A DNA stretch of 50,153 nt, taken from positions 10,935-61,087 of the forward strand of contig PS015202.1 of NCBI GenBank assembly GCA_048213135.1. The letters are read 5' to 3'. The position numbers were made by a program, and so were the translations under genes. Shown here piece by piece: positions 35,434 to 48,790 of the stretch (the first letter of the stretch is position 1; each line of letters opens with the position of its first letter). Under the pieces are notes generated by a model. The model was not told the origin of the DNA, did no database searches, and was given only the letters and a program-made list of their open reading frames with translations. This DNA comes from Reclinomonas americana ATCC 50394. Taxonomy: Eukaryota.

Positions 35434-37364
35434 GTGGCCTATCACGCGTGAGCGTTGTCTCCGCAGTGTACCTGTGCTTATGGTGGACGAGGCTGACAGT
35501 GCATGCGTTGCAGATGCGATGTTGCGTGTGTGTCTGTGTCACATAAATTCCGACTGATGCTGACGAAACACGCACACACACTCTCTCGCACTCTCAGGGC
35601 GACACATGCGCATGGCCTTTGCTGTGATACCGCTGTGTGTGTCGATACTAGTGCTGTGCGGGCAGTGCATTGCGCAGGTTTGCCTCTTGCATTGGTGTGC
35701 ATTGATGATACCCGCAGCACTCAGTCACTCTCACTCGCCACACAGTCACTGTTCGCTGTGCGCTCGTGGCAGTCGACCTCACACTGGCTCTCGATTCTCG
35801 GCTTCCCCGTGCTCAGTGCCTCCTCCACACAGTGGTGGCGCATTGTGTTGTTCACTGTTCCCGACTTTCTCATTCTATTGGCGGCGATCGTGCTGCTGGT
35901 GTTTGTACGGCAAGGCATCATTGCGCGTCGAGAGCTGTCCAAGCTGGCACTGGCCGCCAATGCACCTGTGCTGCCTGCGGGTGTGGAGGTCGTTGAGGGC
36001 GTGATGGTCGGCGAAGGGGAGGACGACGACGATGATGATTACGATGACGATGATGATCATGGTGGTGGTGGTGGGGGTGGTGGTGACGGCGATGAGGACA
36101 CGGATGAGGGGCACATGGACAGCTTCTCAGACGATGATCATCACCACGTTCTCATGGACGATGATGGAGACGACGGGCGCGGCGGCGGTAGTGTGCGCAC
36201 TGGCGACGATTACGGAGTGGCGATTGATGTGTTTGGCGATGCGGGCGGCGGCAGCGTGACGGGTGAATCGGAGGCAGCCAGGCGGAACCGGCGTGCATTG
36301 GCGCGGCGATCGGCGGCCATGCAGCGCCAGATTCGTAAGCATGCTCTGCGTGCTGCGGCGTACAGCAGCGACGATGCTGCCGACGACTATCACCGCCATT
36401 TGGCGCAGTCGACCGGCGATGTGCGCATCCCGCTGTTGCGTGCCGGCGCCTCTGCTGCCTCCGTGGGCGTCGCCGGTGGTATGGACAGTGTGCATCACAG
36501 CCAGACAGCTCCGTTGTTGCTCTCCGACGAGGCCGTGGTCGATGTTCTCGCCCCGCCACCCACCAGTGGAACGGGAGGCGCCACTCTGGCCCTTGTCGGC
36601 GTGATGGCTGCCGATCCGGGCACCGATGAGCCCGACGGTGGCTTGCGAGCTGCGCACAGCCGCGCATTTGGTGCCGTGTTGTCGGTGATGGCGCTGGTGC
36701 TGCTGTGTCTGTTTGCGTGCATATCACCGTCGGTGCTCGGAATGCCACTGGTCGCCGTCATCGTCTACGAAATCTGCTGGGGTTGCTTCCGCGACGAATC
36801 CATCACCAGTCACATGCGGAATTGGCGCACGCTGTTCGATCAATGGTGNNNNNNNNNNNNNNNNNNNNNNNNNNNNNNNNNNNNNNNNNNNNNNNNNNNN
36901 NNNNNNNNNNNNNNNNNNNNNNNNNNNNNNNNNNNNNNNNNNNNNNNNNNNNNNNNNNNNNNNNNNNNNNNNNNNNNNNNNNNNNNNNNNNNNNNNNNNN
37001 NNNNNNNNNNNNNNNNNNNNNNNNNNNNNNNNNNNNNNNNNNNNNNNNNNNNNNNNNNNNNNNNNNNNNNNNNNNNNNNNNNNNNNNNNNNNNNNNNNNN
37101 NNNNNNNNNNNNNNNNNNNNNNNNNNNNNNNNNNNNNNNNNNNNNNNNNNNNNNNNNNNNNNNNNNNNNNNNNNNNNNNNNNNNNNNNNNNNNNNNNNNN
37201 NNNNNNNNNNNNNNNNNNNNNNNNNNNNNNNNNNNNNNNNNNNNNNNNNNNNNNNNNNNNNNNNNNNNNNNNNNNNNNNNNNNNNNNNNNNNNNNNNNNN
37301 NNNNNNNNNNNNNNNNNNNNNNNNNNNNNNNNNNNNNNNNNNNNNNNNNNNNNNNNNNNNNNNN

Positions 37365-37396
<32 letters not shown>

Positions 37397-40300
37397 ATGT
37401 GTGTGTGCATCTGACCATCTAATCAGAGTGTGTGTTCTCTTCGTGTGTGTGAGAGAGTGCGTGCGACCTACTGACCAATGCCCATGTGTGGCAGGCTCTG
37501 GCGCGGCATCTTCCTGTACCTGGTGGCTGTATCGGCCGTGGTATACGGCGTGCAGTTCAGCGACTCACTTGGCTACAGTCATGTTGCACGCGTCTTTGGA
37601 CTGGGTACGACAGCTCCTCTCTCTCTCTCTGTGCTTCGTTGTCGTCAACAAACTGACTGCCTGCACGGTTCGCAGCGAATGTTTACTCGTCGCCGACCAA
37701 TGCACACTGGCCGCAAGCTCCCTGGCAACTGTACACGTGCTACAGCGCGTTGTACCTGCTCACCGCCATTGTGCGTTCCACCTCGTGTCCCCGTTTGTTG
37801 CATGCGGCAGCTGATTTTGCTTGGTGCACAGATGGGAGTGCAAACGGCGCGCTGCTCCGTGGGAGCCTACTCTCCCGTTGGCAATCCGCGAGTGGGCGAA
37901 CTTGGCTCGTGAGTAATGATGCATCATCCTGCCTGGCTGATTGGTTGCTGCTAACTGGTCTTGTGACAGATCGACGCGATCGCCATTCGCGCGCCTGATG
38001 GCAGCCTCAGCTGTGGCCACGGCCTACTGGGTGAGCATGCTGTTGGTCTTCCTGTTGCTTCCCAGTCTGGCGTCCTGGGTGGGGGCGGCGGTGGCGGTGG
38101 CGGCCATTGCCGGTGCCGCATACAGGCTCGTCCGACGACTGCTGCTTCCGCTCCTCACACTCATCGCGGTGATGGTGGTCATCTGCAACATTCCCGGTGT
38201 CCTTGGTGCTGTGCGTCATCCGTCGTCGCTGTGCTGGTTGATCTGTGTGTATGTGTGTGTGCGCGCGCGCGAGTGATAATAATGATCGTCCCTGGTCGTG
38301 CAGATCGACTCGCATGAAGTGTCGTCACTCGGCTACTTTTCCGATCCACAGCGCTCTGTGGCGTCCTGTGTGCTGCTGCTGGTCCTCTCGGTGGGCTGTA
38401 CCGACGCTCACTTGGCCGTGTGGACGGGTACGTTTATCTCTGCATCATTTGGGCTTGGTTATTACCTCGCGACAAACACAATGCGCAGTTGAGTCGGCCG
38501 CACAAAAACGGCTCACCGGCGCACTCGATGCTCATGCGAGTGTCATGCGACGGTACGCGTCTCTTGCGTATGTTGTCTTCTGTGCTGAGAAGTTCTCATC
38601 CTCCTCTCGCAGCACGACCCGCATGATGAAAGTACTGCGGTGGCTCGGACGCTTCCCGAAACTGTTTGCCGACTTTGCGCTCGTGTCGCTCATGGTATTT
38701 GCCTCGATGGCCACCACCGGCATCTTTTCGATGGTGTACTTTGTGTTGGTGTTGATTGCCAGTTGCGTGAAGTGAGAGATCAAGGGAAAAGATGCACAAC
38801 TGACTCACCGCTGGTTGGCGTCACGCAGTTGCCCTTCCGGATCCCATCTCGCTCAGTGGCGGCGTGGAGATGAATCTGTGGGTCATTGTGATTGCCTGGT
38901 TCAACAACATCTTCCTGTTCCTGCTCGGCATCGTCAACACGCTCTTGTCGGACGCGCAACTGAATGCGTTGCCGCCGTGGACCAGCCTCGGTCGCTACCG
39001 CAACGTGTGGAGCGGACTCGCTCCATACTTGCTGGTCAATGCCGTCCTGCTGTTGTCACGCTGGTTCGACGCACTCGCCCGGTGGAGCGATGGGCGCATC
39101 GGCGGTTCGCTGGCCGCCATTGCGCCACGGACGCGCCACCTATCGTGGGATCTGGTGCTGAGTTTCCGCTGGCTTCGGTGCGTCTGGTGTCGCGCGTACC
39201 TGTCACACTGTCTGCTGCTGATGATCGTCGTGTTGCGCAGGCGTGTGTTGGACCTGTCGGCGTTTGTCGCCATTCTGCTACTCGGCATTCTCCCATCGCA
39301 GCACACAGTGCCGTGCATGGTGTACACGTTCATCGCCTTTACGTGGATGCTGTGCTTCACATTCGGGTGGAAGTACGCCGTGGTGAACCCATTTGTGTGG
39401 TTCACGATGTTGGTCATTGTCGGTGAGCGACCACTGCTGCACATCGTCATCGTCGTCGCGTCGTGTTCGCTCAAATATTTCTCGCGCCTGCCTGCAGGAT
39501 TGCTTGCTGCGTTCCAGGCCGTGTATCAGATTCCTCCCGTCACCGACTGGATGGACTCGTGGTCGAACGGCATGCTGGCCGAGTGGGGTCTCTCGACGCC
39601 CGGCGGCAGCGGCTACGACAGCCAGCAGAGCATTTGGGATCGCGCGTCGCTGCTCGTGCCCACTGTTGTTGTTTTTATCGTGTGCGCCTTCAAGGCACAC
39701 CACTCGGTGCCAAAGTGGCGCGCGTGGCGCGAGTCACTCCGACGTGGCCCGGCACCGCTCGGTTTGTTTGTGGAGCTCGCTCCTGAGTCCCAGTTTTTTC
39801 GTGTGACTGACACACCACCGCATCACCAGAGCGCACAGGCTCAACTTCATCATCGTCGGCAGCCGCTGCCGCCGCCGCCAGCACCTACAATACGTTCTCC
39901 ATGCCCACCTCGGTGCCGCCGACCGATGCACCCTCGAAGGTGCTGCTGGCTGTGGACCGGCAGCGAAGAGGTCTGCTTCATGTGCTCTCTTATATAAGCG
40001 TCCTCGTTCTCATCTGCTGACGGATATTAACACACAAGAAGGGTCGTCGGCCTCCGAAGTATCCATCAACGATAGCGACGGCAACAAACACCGCCGCGGT
40101 ACCGAGGCGTGGCCCGTTGGTGCGGTGGCCATGGCGGACGACGAAGTTGATGAGGCGGGCAAGCTGCCGCCGCCTGACGAGCGCAAAGAGAAACTGGCGA
40201 ACTGCTGCACGAACACGTGGGCCTGGCTGCGCCGAATCGTCGCCGACTTGTCGTATCCGGTGCGTGTGTATGTGCTCATCCCTCCCCCCATTCACTCTCG

Positions 40301-43300
40301 CATCTCTCACTGTTGGCGACAGGTCTCGCGACTGCTCTTCCTGATTCTCATGCTTTTCGCCGGCCTGGATCACATCTCCTTGTTTTCGTTTGTTGGCTAC
40401 ATTGTTCCAGGCGTGTGCATGCGTGCGTTGCTCTTGCCGGCCATTGGGTGAGACTGACTGTGTCGCGCGCAGTGTTCATTTTCCTGCTGTCAAACCTCAA
40501 CTTTGGTCTCCGTGTGGCACAACTGGTCGGCACATACACTGTGGTGTGTGTGGCTGTCCATGCGCTGCTCTTTGTCCCCTGTTTCCGCTCTTGTTGATTT
40601 GCTCGCCACCCTGCAGATATTTGTGACGGCATTCTACGCCTTCCAGTTGCCGTCCATGAGCTCGCACTCGGACTCCACGTGGCGATGGATCGGCCTGTAC
40701 TCGCAGGACTCTGCCGCCACCTCGTACTCCGTGTTCATCCTCCCATACCTCTTCTTGATGCTCTCCGGCGTCATTGTGCAGCGCACTCGTGCACCTTCTG
40801 TTGCGCTCCTCCGTCGTTGCGCTGTCTAATCCATTTTTGTGCTGCTCACTTTCGCCTCCCGGACAGCGCGATTACATTCGCTTTGAAACCATGCTGATGT
40901 CGGCATTGCGCAACCTGGTTCACCGCTTCTCGTTTGAGGTGCGCCTTGTCGCCTTCTTTTGTGATCACAGCTTCACTGACGAATCGCTCTCGTGCAGATC
41001 ATGGCGCTGGGTGTGCTCCTGCTGGCCGGCGCGCTTGCCAACGCGTTCGGCGTGTTGCTCTTTGTCGTGGTGTGGGTGACGGCGTACACTCGAGCGTTTT
41101 CCACCACTGGCCGTTGCGTGTGTGGCCTGCGATCGCCATGGAGTGCGTCGAATCGTGCTTCACTCATCTGTCGTGATTGGTGCAGGTTGGATTGTGTTTG
41201 CCTGGTTCTTCGCCCTGTTCATCTTTTTCCAGTACCTCATGGTGCTTGGTCTTCCCAACAAGAGTGCGTCACGCAGTGTGTCTCTCTTTATGTCTTGTGT
41301 CACCTACCGACGTGTGCATGCTGCGCAGTTTTCTTGTCGGACATTGATCCGCGGTGGACTGCGTGGCTCGGCTTCCGACCGCATACCACAGACATTTTTG
41401 TTGGTGCGTTCCCGAAAGTGATCGTCGCTAGGCTCAAGAATGCTGCTTACAACAAGCGATGGACACAGGCGAGTTCGCGGCACTCTTCCTGGTGGCCTTC
41501 CACATCAAGCTGAAGCGGTCGCCGTACGAGGTGAAGCCCTACTTGGACGATATTCGACCGCAAGATGTGCACCGTTGGTGAGAATGCGTTGTGAATGCCC
41601 ACGTCGGGCCGCTTGGCGAAAACTCATGTTGCTGTCCCCTTGCAGGTCCGGGTGGACGCACACGGTGATCTGGTTGCTTCGCCTGTCGCCAACTATAGTG
41701 CTGCTGGTTATGCTCGGCACGGCTGCGCTCTTTTACAATATTCTTGCGCTGGCGGTGGTGGTTGTCGCACTCGTGCTCTTGCACGTTGGTGAGCGCCTGC
41801 ACTATCGGTACACATTCTACTGGAGTGGCCTGGTCGGCTCCCTGTTCTTTGTGTCCATCCTCGCACAGCTGGCGTATCAGACGCCGATCGGTGTGTTTGA
41901 GTTGGTGGCCCGAGCTCTCGTCAATGCTCTGGCTCACAGAACATGATTGCACGCAGAGGTGTTCGACTACGCTGCCAACTTGTCGGACTGGCAAAACGTT
42001 ATCGGGTTGTACATGTTCCCGCAGTTCTTCCGCATCTGGTACCCCGATCGGTGTGTCGCTTCTCAGCAAACCAACTCGTTGCTCTTCGTGCTGCTCACAC
42101 GCGTGGACGCAGGACACCGGGAGAGTTCTCTCGCAAAGACATGTTCTGGGTGCAGGCAAGTGGTGGCCAACACGCGCTGCTGAAGAGGCACATCACTCAC
42201 TCACTTGCCCCGATGTGCAGGTCACGATGCTGGTGTTGTGGTACTGTCAGCGACGTGCCTACGACTCGAAAGTGTACAAGCTGCTCATGGCCAAGTTGCG
42301 CGACGAACGACGACACACGCGCAAGAACGCCGTGCAGTCGGTGCGCGACGACTATGCCAGTCTGCAGCGCGAGAAGGCCAAGGGTTTGTGTATTCCCCCT
42401 TTTCTCTCTCACTCTGCGTGCACTGCGTACTCATTTGTGCTTCGCAGTCGCCGAGGAGAAGCGTGGTCGACGTGAGCGACTCGATCGTGTGCGACTGATG
42501 TACCTCCGTCGTGTGCCGATTGAGGCGATTGAGATGGAGGCGGCGGAGAGCGCCGAGCCCGATTACATTGTGGGAAGCGGTGGCAGTGACGGGAACGCGG
42601 TACCACCCAGTGCACTCGTTGTGGCAAGCTCGGTGGCAAGTGCCGGCAGTGTCGGCGAGGCATCCACGCCAGCAGTGATGGAAGCGCGCTCGCCGTGGGT
42701 GGAACCCGCGGCTACCGTGCCGCAACTGTACACCGAATCGGGATCACCGCAGGCGTCACCGGCGCCTGTCGTGTCCGTGAGTGGTGTTGGCGCCATGAGC
42801 AGCGCTCTGCTTGCTCCACCGCCGCAGCAGCTCAGCTATCAACGAAGTTGCATGCGTCCGTGTTTGCTTCCGCGTGTTAGATTACTTGATCGCTGATTGC
42901 TCCACGATGCAGGTGGCGGATCGATTAGCGATACCCCGTCGCTGACCCGCCGCTCCATGTCGCGCCGCTTCTCCACGACTGGTGAGTGGAGGTGGAGGTG
43001 CAGTGATGCGTGCGGGAGTGAGGTTGCTCACCTCGGCTGCTTGTTGCTTGTAGAGTACCTCCATCCGGGCACAGAGTTTGACGATGCACCACCGACGGCG
43101 CGCTCGCTGCGCGGCAGTGAGGCCACCGATGCCGATCTGGCGCCCGAAAGCAAGCCCAAGCGCATCATTCGTCGCAGTGTCCGCTTCATCTCGCGCAACA
43201 CGCACTGGCTGTGCTACTTTACCTTTATCCTGTGCCTGCTGCTCAACCAGGACCTCATCAGCACGGTGTACGCACTCGCCCTCTTCTTGTATGTGCTGTT

Positions 43301-46300
43301 GGAGAACACCGAGTCACCGCAGGTTTGTCTTGATTGTAGCGTGTTGATTGTGCCTTGAGCTGACGACATTCTGTGCTGTTGCAGTTCTGGCAAGGCATGA
43401 TCATTTACACCGACTTGGTGATCCTTATCAAGTACCTGTTCCAGCTGCCGATCCTGTGCATCTGTCACGGTGTGGCCGGCCATTCGTATCATCTGCACAG
43501 CTACTGCGAGGATCACGTGGCGCAGTGCTCGCTGCACCCGGAGGACGAGGTGTGATCTTCTGTGCCTTGCGATGTGTGTGTGAGGTGTGCTCATCGGATG
43601 CTCCTCAGCCGGTGGTGTGGAACGTGGATCAAATCATTGGTCTGACGGCGACCGACAGCAGCTTCCTGCTGCAGATTCTCGGACCCATTCTTGTGCTTCT
43701 GTCGCTTCTCGTGCACCGCATGTCGCTACTGCAACGGGTGCGTCAGCAATCACGCTCTGTCCTCACTTGCATCATCATCACCACTGACCATCATCTTCAC
43801 GTGCAGGGATTGTGGACGTTCTCGGCCAAGGATCGTCTGGAGTGCCTCAAGTTGGCTGATCCCGCCAAGTTTCGTCCTTTCTTCTCTCACGCGTAGATTT
43901 TCGAATGCTGACCGACGTTGCTGCACGACAGGGACTGTGGCGCCGTTCGTGGCTACTTCCGACTGCTGTTCGACGATCAGATGAAGCACGGCCACGATTT
44001 CCACTTTGCCACCATGTGTCTCGGTATGCGCATGTGTGTGCAGAAGGAGTCTGTTGGACACTGAGCTGACACGATGATACACGCACACAGAGCTCGCCTC
44101 GCTGCTGTACATGCTCTTCTTCTACCCGTTCATCACCTTGTCGAACGAGGGCATCTCCACGAGTCGCATCTCCAGCACCCTCGTGCTGCTGCTGCTCGCT
44201 CAAGTGTTCCTCATTTGTTTAGAACGAGTGGTGCGTGTGTGAGTGTGCTGAGAGAGGGAGACATTCAAGAGATGTGCACGTATGCTGACCTTGTGTGTGG
44301 TGACGCGCACCAGTTATACCTGCTGCGAAGTATTCGTGCCAAGTACGTGTTATACATGGTCGAGGTCTTCGGCTACATCTACGTCTTCTTCTTCCGCGTA
44401 CCAGCCAACTCGCCAGCCGCATTTGGGCACAATGGCGCGTTGGTATTCCTGGCCCTCCTCAAGTTCTCGTTCTTGCTCCTGGCTGGCTTGCAGGTGCGTT
44501 ATTTCGTGCGCACACCGCAGTGCGTAAAAGTCAGTCGACTCACGCTGGCGACCACGAGCAGATTCGCCACGGATACCCGTTTGTGACCAAGGGCTACTTC
44601 CTCATGCGGTCGCCGTCGCAGTGGAATTATGTGGCCAGTTGCGTGCCGGTTACTGTGCTTCCCAATCGTCCCCCGCCCCGCTGACTCTTGTCCCTGCTAC
44701 GCACAGCCATGGCATACAATGCCATTCCGTTTGCACTCGAGCTGTTGCGCTGCCGTCGTCACATGCACTCCATGCACTGCTGTTTTCTCACTGCCCTTGC
44801 GCGGCGCAGACGCATGTTACTGGACTGGACATTCACCAAGACAACGCTGCGCATGGACCAGTGGCTCGAGGTCGAAGACATTCACTTTATTGCCTTTTTG
44901 CGACACTGCGGTACGTATCGCCCATACCATGTGTGTTATGACGACGATTCCTCACCGGCGCGCCGCAGACAATGTGTGGGAAACGCATCTCAATCGCAAG
45001 ACGGGCACTCCACGCCCGAAGCACCAAAAAGTGTTCCAGGGCTTCATGTTCTTCCTCGGCATCCTCATTCTGCTCTTCTTCCCGCTCATCTTCTTCTCCA
45101 ATCTCAACCCGACGGTCACCTCGGATCCGATTCAGACCGCGTCGGCCACCATTGGTGAGAGTGACAAAGCAACAAGCTCTTCTGCTCCACGATCACTCAC
45201 ACCGGTTCACAGGTCTCGAGGGCTACGAGGCGTTCTATCAGGGCTCCGCCTTGCCCGATCCACCACAACTATCCAAGGTACAACGCTTAAACATCGAGGC
45301 CATGTATCCGTCATTACGACTCGGCAGCGACCTGTTAGTGCAGTACGCGCAGTTAGGCACGGTGCGTATGCGTGCGATGTGAAGGTGTGTCGCCTTCTGT
45401 GTTTGACAAGGATGTGGCAGAACTCGGAGACGTATTGGACCATCACGCCACCTGCGCTGGAGGATCTCATTGAATTCCTCAGCCGATCGCGACAACAGTC
45501 GTCGCCAACGCCCACTTTGACCATTAGCTACACATTCAAGCGGTGCGCGATGATGTTGTCGAGTCGCTCGGTTTCCCCGCACGTTCTTTCTCACGCATTG
45601 TGTGTGCAGTCATGGCCCACCGGGCCACTCGGTTCTCAGCAGTCAGATCCGCCACCAGCTCACCGAGCAAGAGCAGGCGGGCCTGCTGGCGGTACTGCAG
45701 GCCACCGACACCGAGGCGCACACTGTCAAACTGACGCAGTTCTACCCGCCATTTGTGATACTGCCGGCGATTGAGTCGCCCGGCACTTTCACTGGATCAC
45801 CGAGCGTCGACTGCGAGCTGACACTGGTGCCGGCCAGCGTGGCTCGCTACTGGCGGCTGGAGTGCGTCGGCTTTGACGAGAACGGCAATCCCGACAAATC
45901 GCCCTTCTTCATGACGGCTTCCGAGGCCACACCGTCGGGCGTGGGCTCACTTGCCACCTACTCGATCATCGCCTTCTACGCCACCTTTGTGCTGGCCGTT
46001 GGACGCTTCCTGCGACTGTGGGTCGGCGGGCGTGCGCAACGCCTCATCGTAACCTGTGCGTCTGGCGGTCTTGCGCTCCCTCCCCTCGTTCTCTCACCCG
46101 CTCCGCGCACACACGCACAGCATTGCCCAACTGCACCCGCATTCTCCAGTTCATCAAGGATCTGTACAGTGCCCGCGAGGACGGAGACCTGGAGTTGCGT
46201 TGGCGAAGCGAGCGAGAGTCTTGTTCTCGCACCCATCACTGACAACGACGACGCGCACAGGCTGGAAGAGGAATTGTTTATCGAGTTAATCACGTTATAC

Positions 46301-46351
46301 CGCTCACCCGAGCGCCTACTCACCATGACTAGCAAGATAAAAGCCGAGTGA
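35434..46351 (+). CDS. PIEZO: Piezo-family mechanosensitive channel; first exon missing, internal gap 36849-37364
   Basis: Many TM exons; N-terminal RVSVVSAVYL..FTVPDFLIL; PFEW motif AIPFALELRMLLDWTFTKTTLRMDQWLEVEDI; outer helix GILILLFFPLIFFS; WTITPP; C-terminus SIIAFYATFVLAVGRFLR..LPNCTRILQFIKDLYSAREDGDLELEEELFIELITLYRSPERLL. Confidence 0.95.
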
Positions 46352-46954
46352 GTGAGCAGGAATGAACGCAGTAATCATCTTTCATCCTCCTCCTCCTCTT
46401 CTTCTTCCTCTTCTTCCTCTTCCGCATCGCCTCTGCTCCGCACTGCATGCACCAATCGCTCGAATCCTTCGCGATATGTGATGGGAGGGAACACCTCACG
46501 CAGAGCATCGCTGGGCCGAATGAGAGCCGATCGCGACACAGAGAAGGAGTGATGGTGAGCGGAAGGAGAAGACAGGCGACGATGTGGACGCAGTGTCGAT
46601 TGCACCCACTGCAACAAGTGCGTGTGAGTGACAGAGAGGAGAGTGTGGAGAGAGAGTGCGTAACTTGTGCCAAGGCGGTGCTCCAGGAGAGCAGCAGTGC
46701 TTGCATGGAGAGTATCGATTGAGAGTTGTCCTGTGTGTGATTCTGGTGTTCTTGCATGCAACGCGCACGAGTCTTGTCGCGACATCTTGTCGACTGTGAG
46801 GTGCGTGTGTGTAACAGAGAGAGAATCAGAAGAGATGCTGACTGTGTGTGCACAGGCGAGCATGTCTGCATTGCATGCGGAAGCGGTCAGTGTCGTTGTG
46901 TGCGGCGAGCGTGTATGCAGTGAGCTGACTGCTCTCTCTCTCTTACGCACACAG

Positions 46955-48684
46955 ATGGCTGCGATTCCTGCAGAGGGCTACACAGTGGTGTGTATCTCTC
47001 GCTTGCCTATGTGATGAGCAGTCAATCACATGCATGTTGTGTGCATGCAGACTGAGGGCGAACTGCTGAGCGAACTGTGCGAGAATGGGTGTCTGGCGTT
47101 GACTCTGAATCGCCCCAAGGCCCTCAACGCACTCACTGTGGGTGCGGAATGGCATGCTGTGCCTGCTCCACGCGCTTGCTTGCTCAACTCAGCGCACACA
47201 CACACACAGACATGATTGAGACCATGTTGGCGCTGTTGACACGCGCGTTGCACGATGATCGCGTGAAGATGGTGTTTGTGAGAGGCACGGGCGATCGTGC
47301 GTTCTGCGCCGGTGGTGATATCAAGTATCTGTACAACGCACCGAGCGATGCGGAGCGGAGGGAGGCGGCCAAGTACTTTTTCAGTCGCGAGTATCGCCTC
47401 GACTATCTCATTTCCATGTTGCGTACGCACCCGTACCCGCCCATCCGCCCGCCCAGCTGCCACCACCATTCTCACTTGGTCTGGCCCTCGTAGCTTCCCG
47501 AAGCCGTACATAAGTCTGCTGGATGGCATCACCATGGGCGGTGGTGTCGGCATCTCGGTGCACGGTCGATTCCGCATCGCCACCGAGCGTTTCCTCTTTG
47601 CCATGCCCGAGTCGGCCATTGGCCTGTTTCCGGATGTCGGTGGCTCGTACTTTCTCGCGCACTGCCCCGGCTACACGGGTCTGTGCTTGGGTCTGACCGG
47701 GCGTCGCATCAAGGCCGCCGATGCACTGTACTTGGGCATTGTGACGCACGTCATGTCGCACGACTATGTGGAGAGCTTGGAGGTGACGTCTCACCACTAC
47801 CAGTGCTTCCTTGCGTGACTGACACATTGCTCTCCTGTGTGCTTTGCAGACGGCTCTGCGCACGTGGGAGCTGCGCGAGGCGACGAATGAGGTGGTCGAC
47901 GAGTTCCTGCAGCGCTTCTCGGCGCCGCCGGCCTCGCCCGCACCCATGGAGGCGGAGAGGGAGGAGATTGACGCCATCTTTGGGCATCGATCGTTGCGTG
48001 GCATCGAGACCGCTGCGTTGCGCTCCGACAAGTATCGACAGGCGTTCACCACGCAGTGCCCGAGCAGCATGTTGGTGCGTGATCAGGGGAAGGGGGAAGG
48101 AGAGGGAAACGAAATGAGAGCGAAGGAAGTGGAGGAGGGCAGAGAGATTCAGGACGGGAGGGGGAAGGAAGTGGAGGAGGGGGAAAAGGGAGGGGATGGG
48201 AGAGGACGGGAGGGGACAGCACGGAATGGGATGGAAGAGAAATGAGGAAGATGCGGTTGCAAGAGAAGGGCAGACGAAGCAGCAAACAAAGAATGGACGA
48301 GATTAAGGGGAGCCTGAGACAAGCGATGCTCACCTTCCTCCCCATGTCACAGGTGGCATTCCGCACCTTCAATCGCGTCCGCGAGGAGCGCATGTCACTG
48401 GGCGACGCACTGCAGATGGAGCTGGCGTTGGCGGTGAATCTGACGGCGCGACGGGACTTTGTGGAGGGCGTGCGTGCCGCCGTGGTCGACAAGAGCCACC
48501 AGCCAAGATGGACAATGATCAATCTCGATGGGACCGGTGAGCAGGCCCTTGTTTTCTCTCTCTCTCTCCCTCTGTTTTTCGCCTGTTTTCAATCCACGAC
48601 GCAGACTCCAAATTCCCCAGCGACATGCACGAACTGGACACCCTGTTCGAGGCACCTGATTTGCGCGTCGATATGGACTACTGA
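46955..48684 (+). CDS. HIBCH: 3-hydroxyisobutyryl-CoA hydrolase (crotonase family)
   Basis: [92 protein letters not shown]; spliced stop at 48682-48684. ATG 46955 directly follows an acceptor-like CAG, so an upstream exon is possible. Confidence 0.93.
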
Positions 48685-48790
48685 ACCGTGGAGCCGACAC
48701 ACACACACACACACAACAGTAGTTTACGCACGTTAAAAATATGATAAGACGAGCGGGAAATAGGAAACAATGGAAAAACAATCGACGCAG

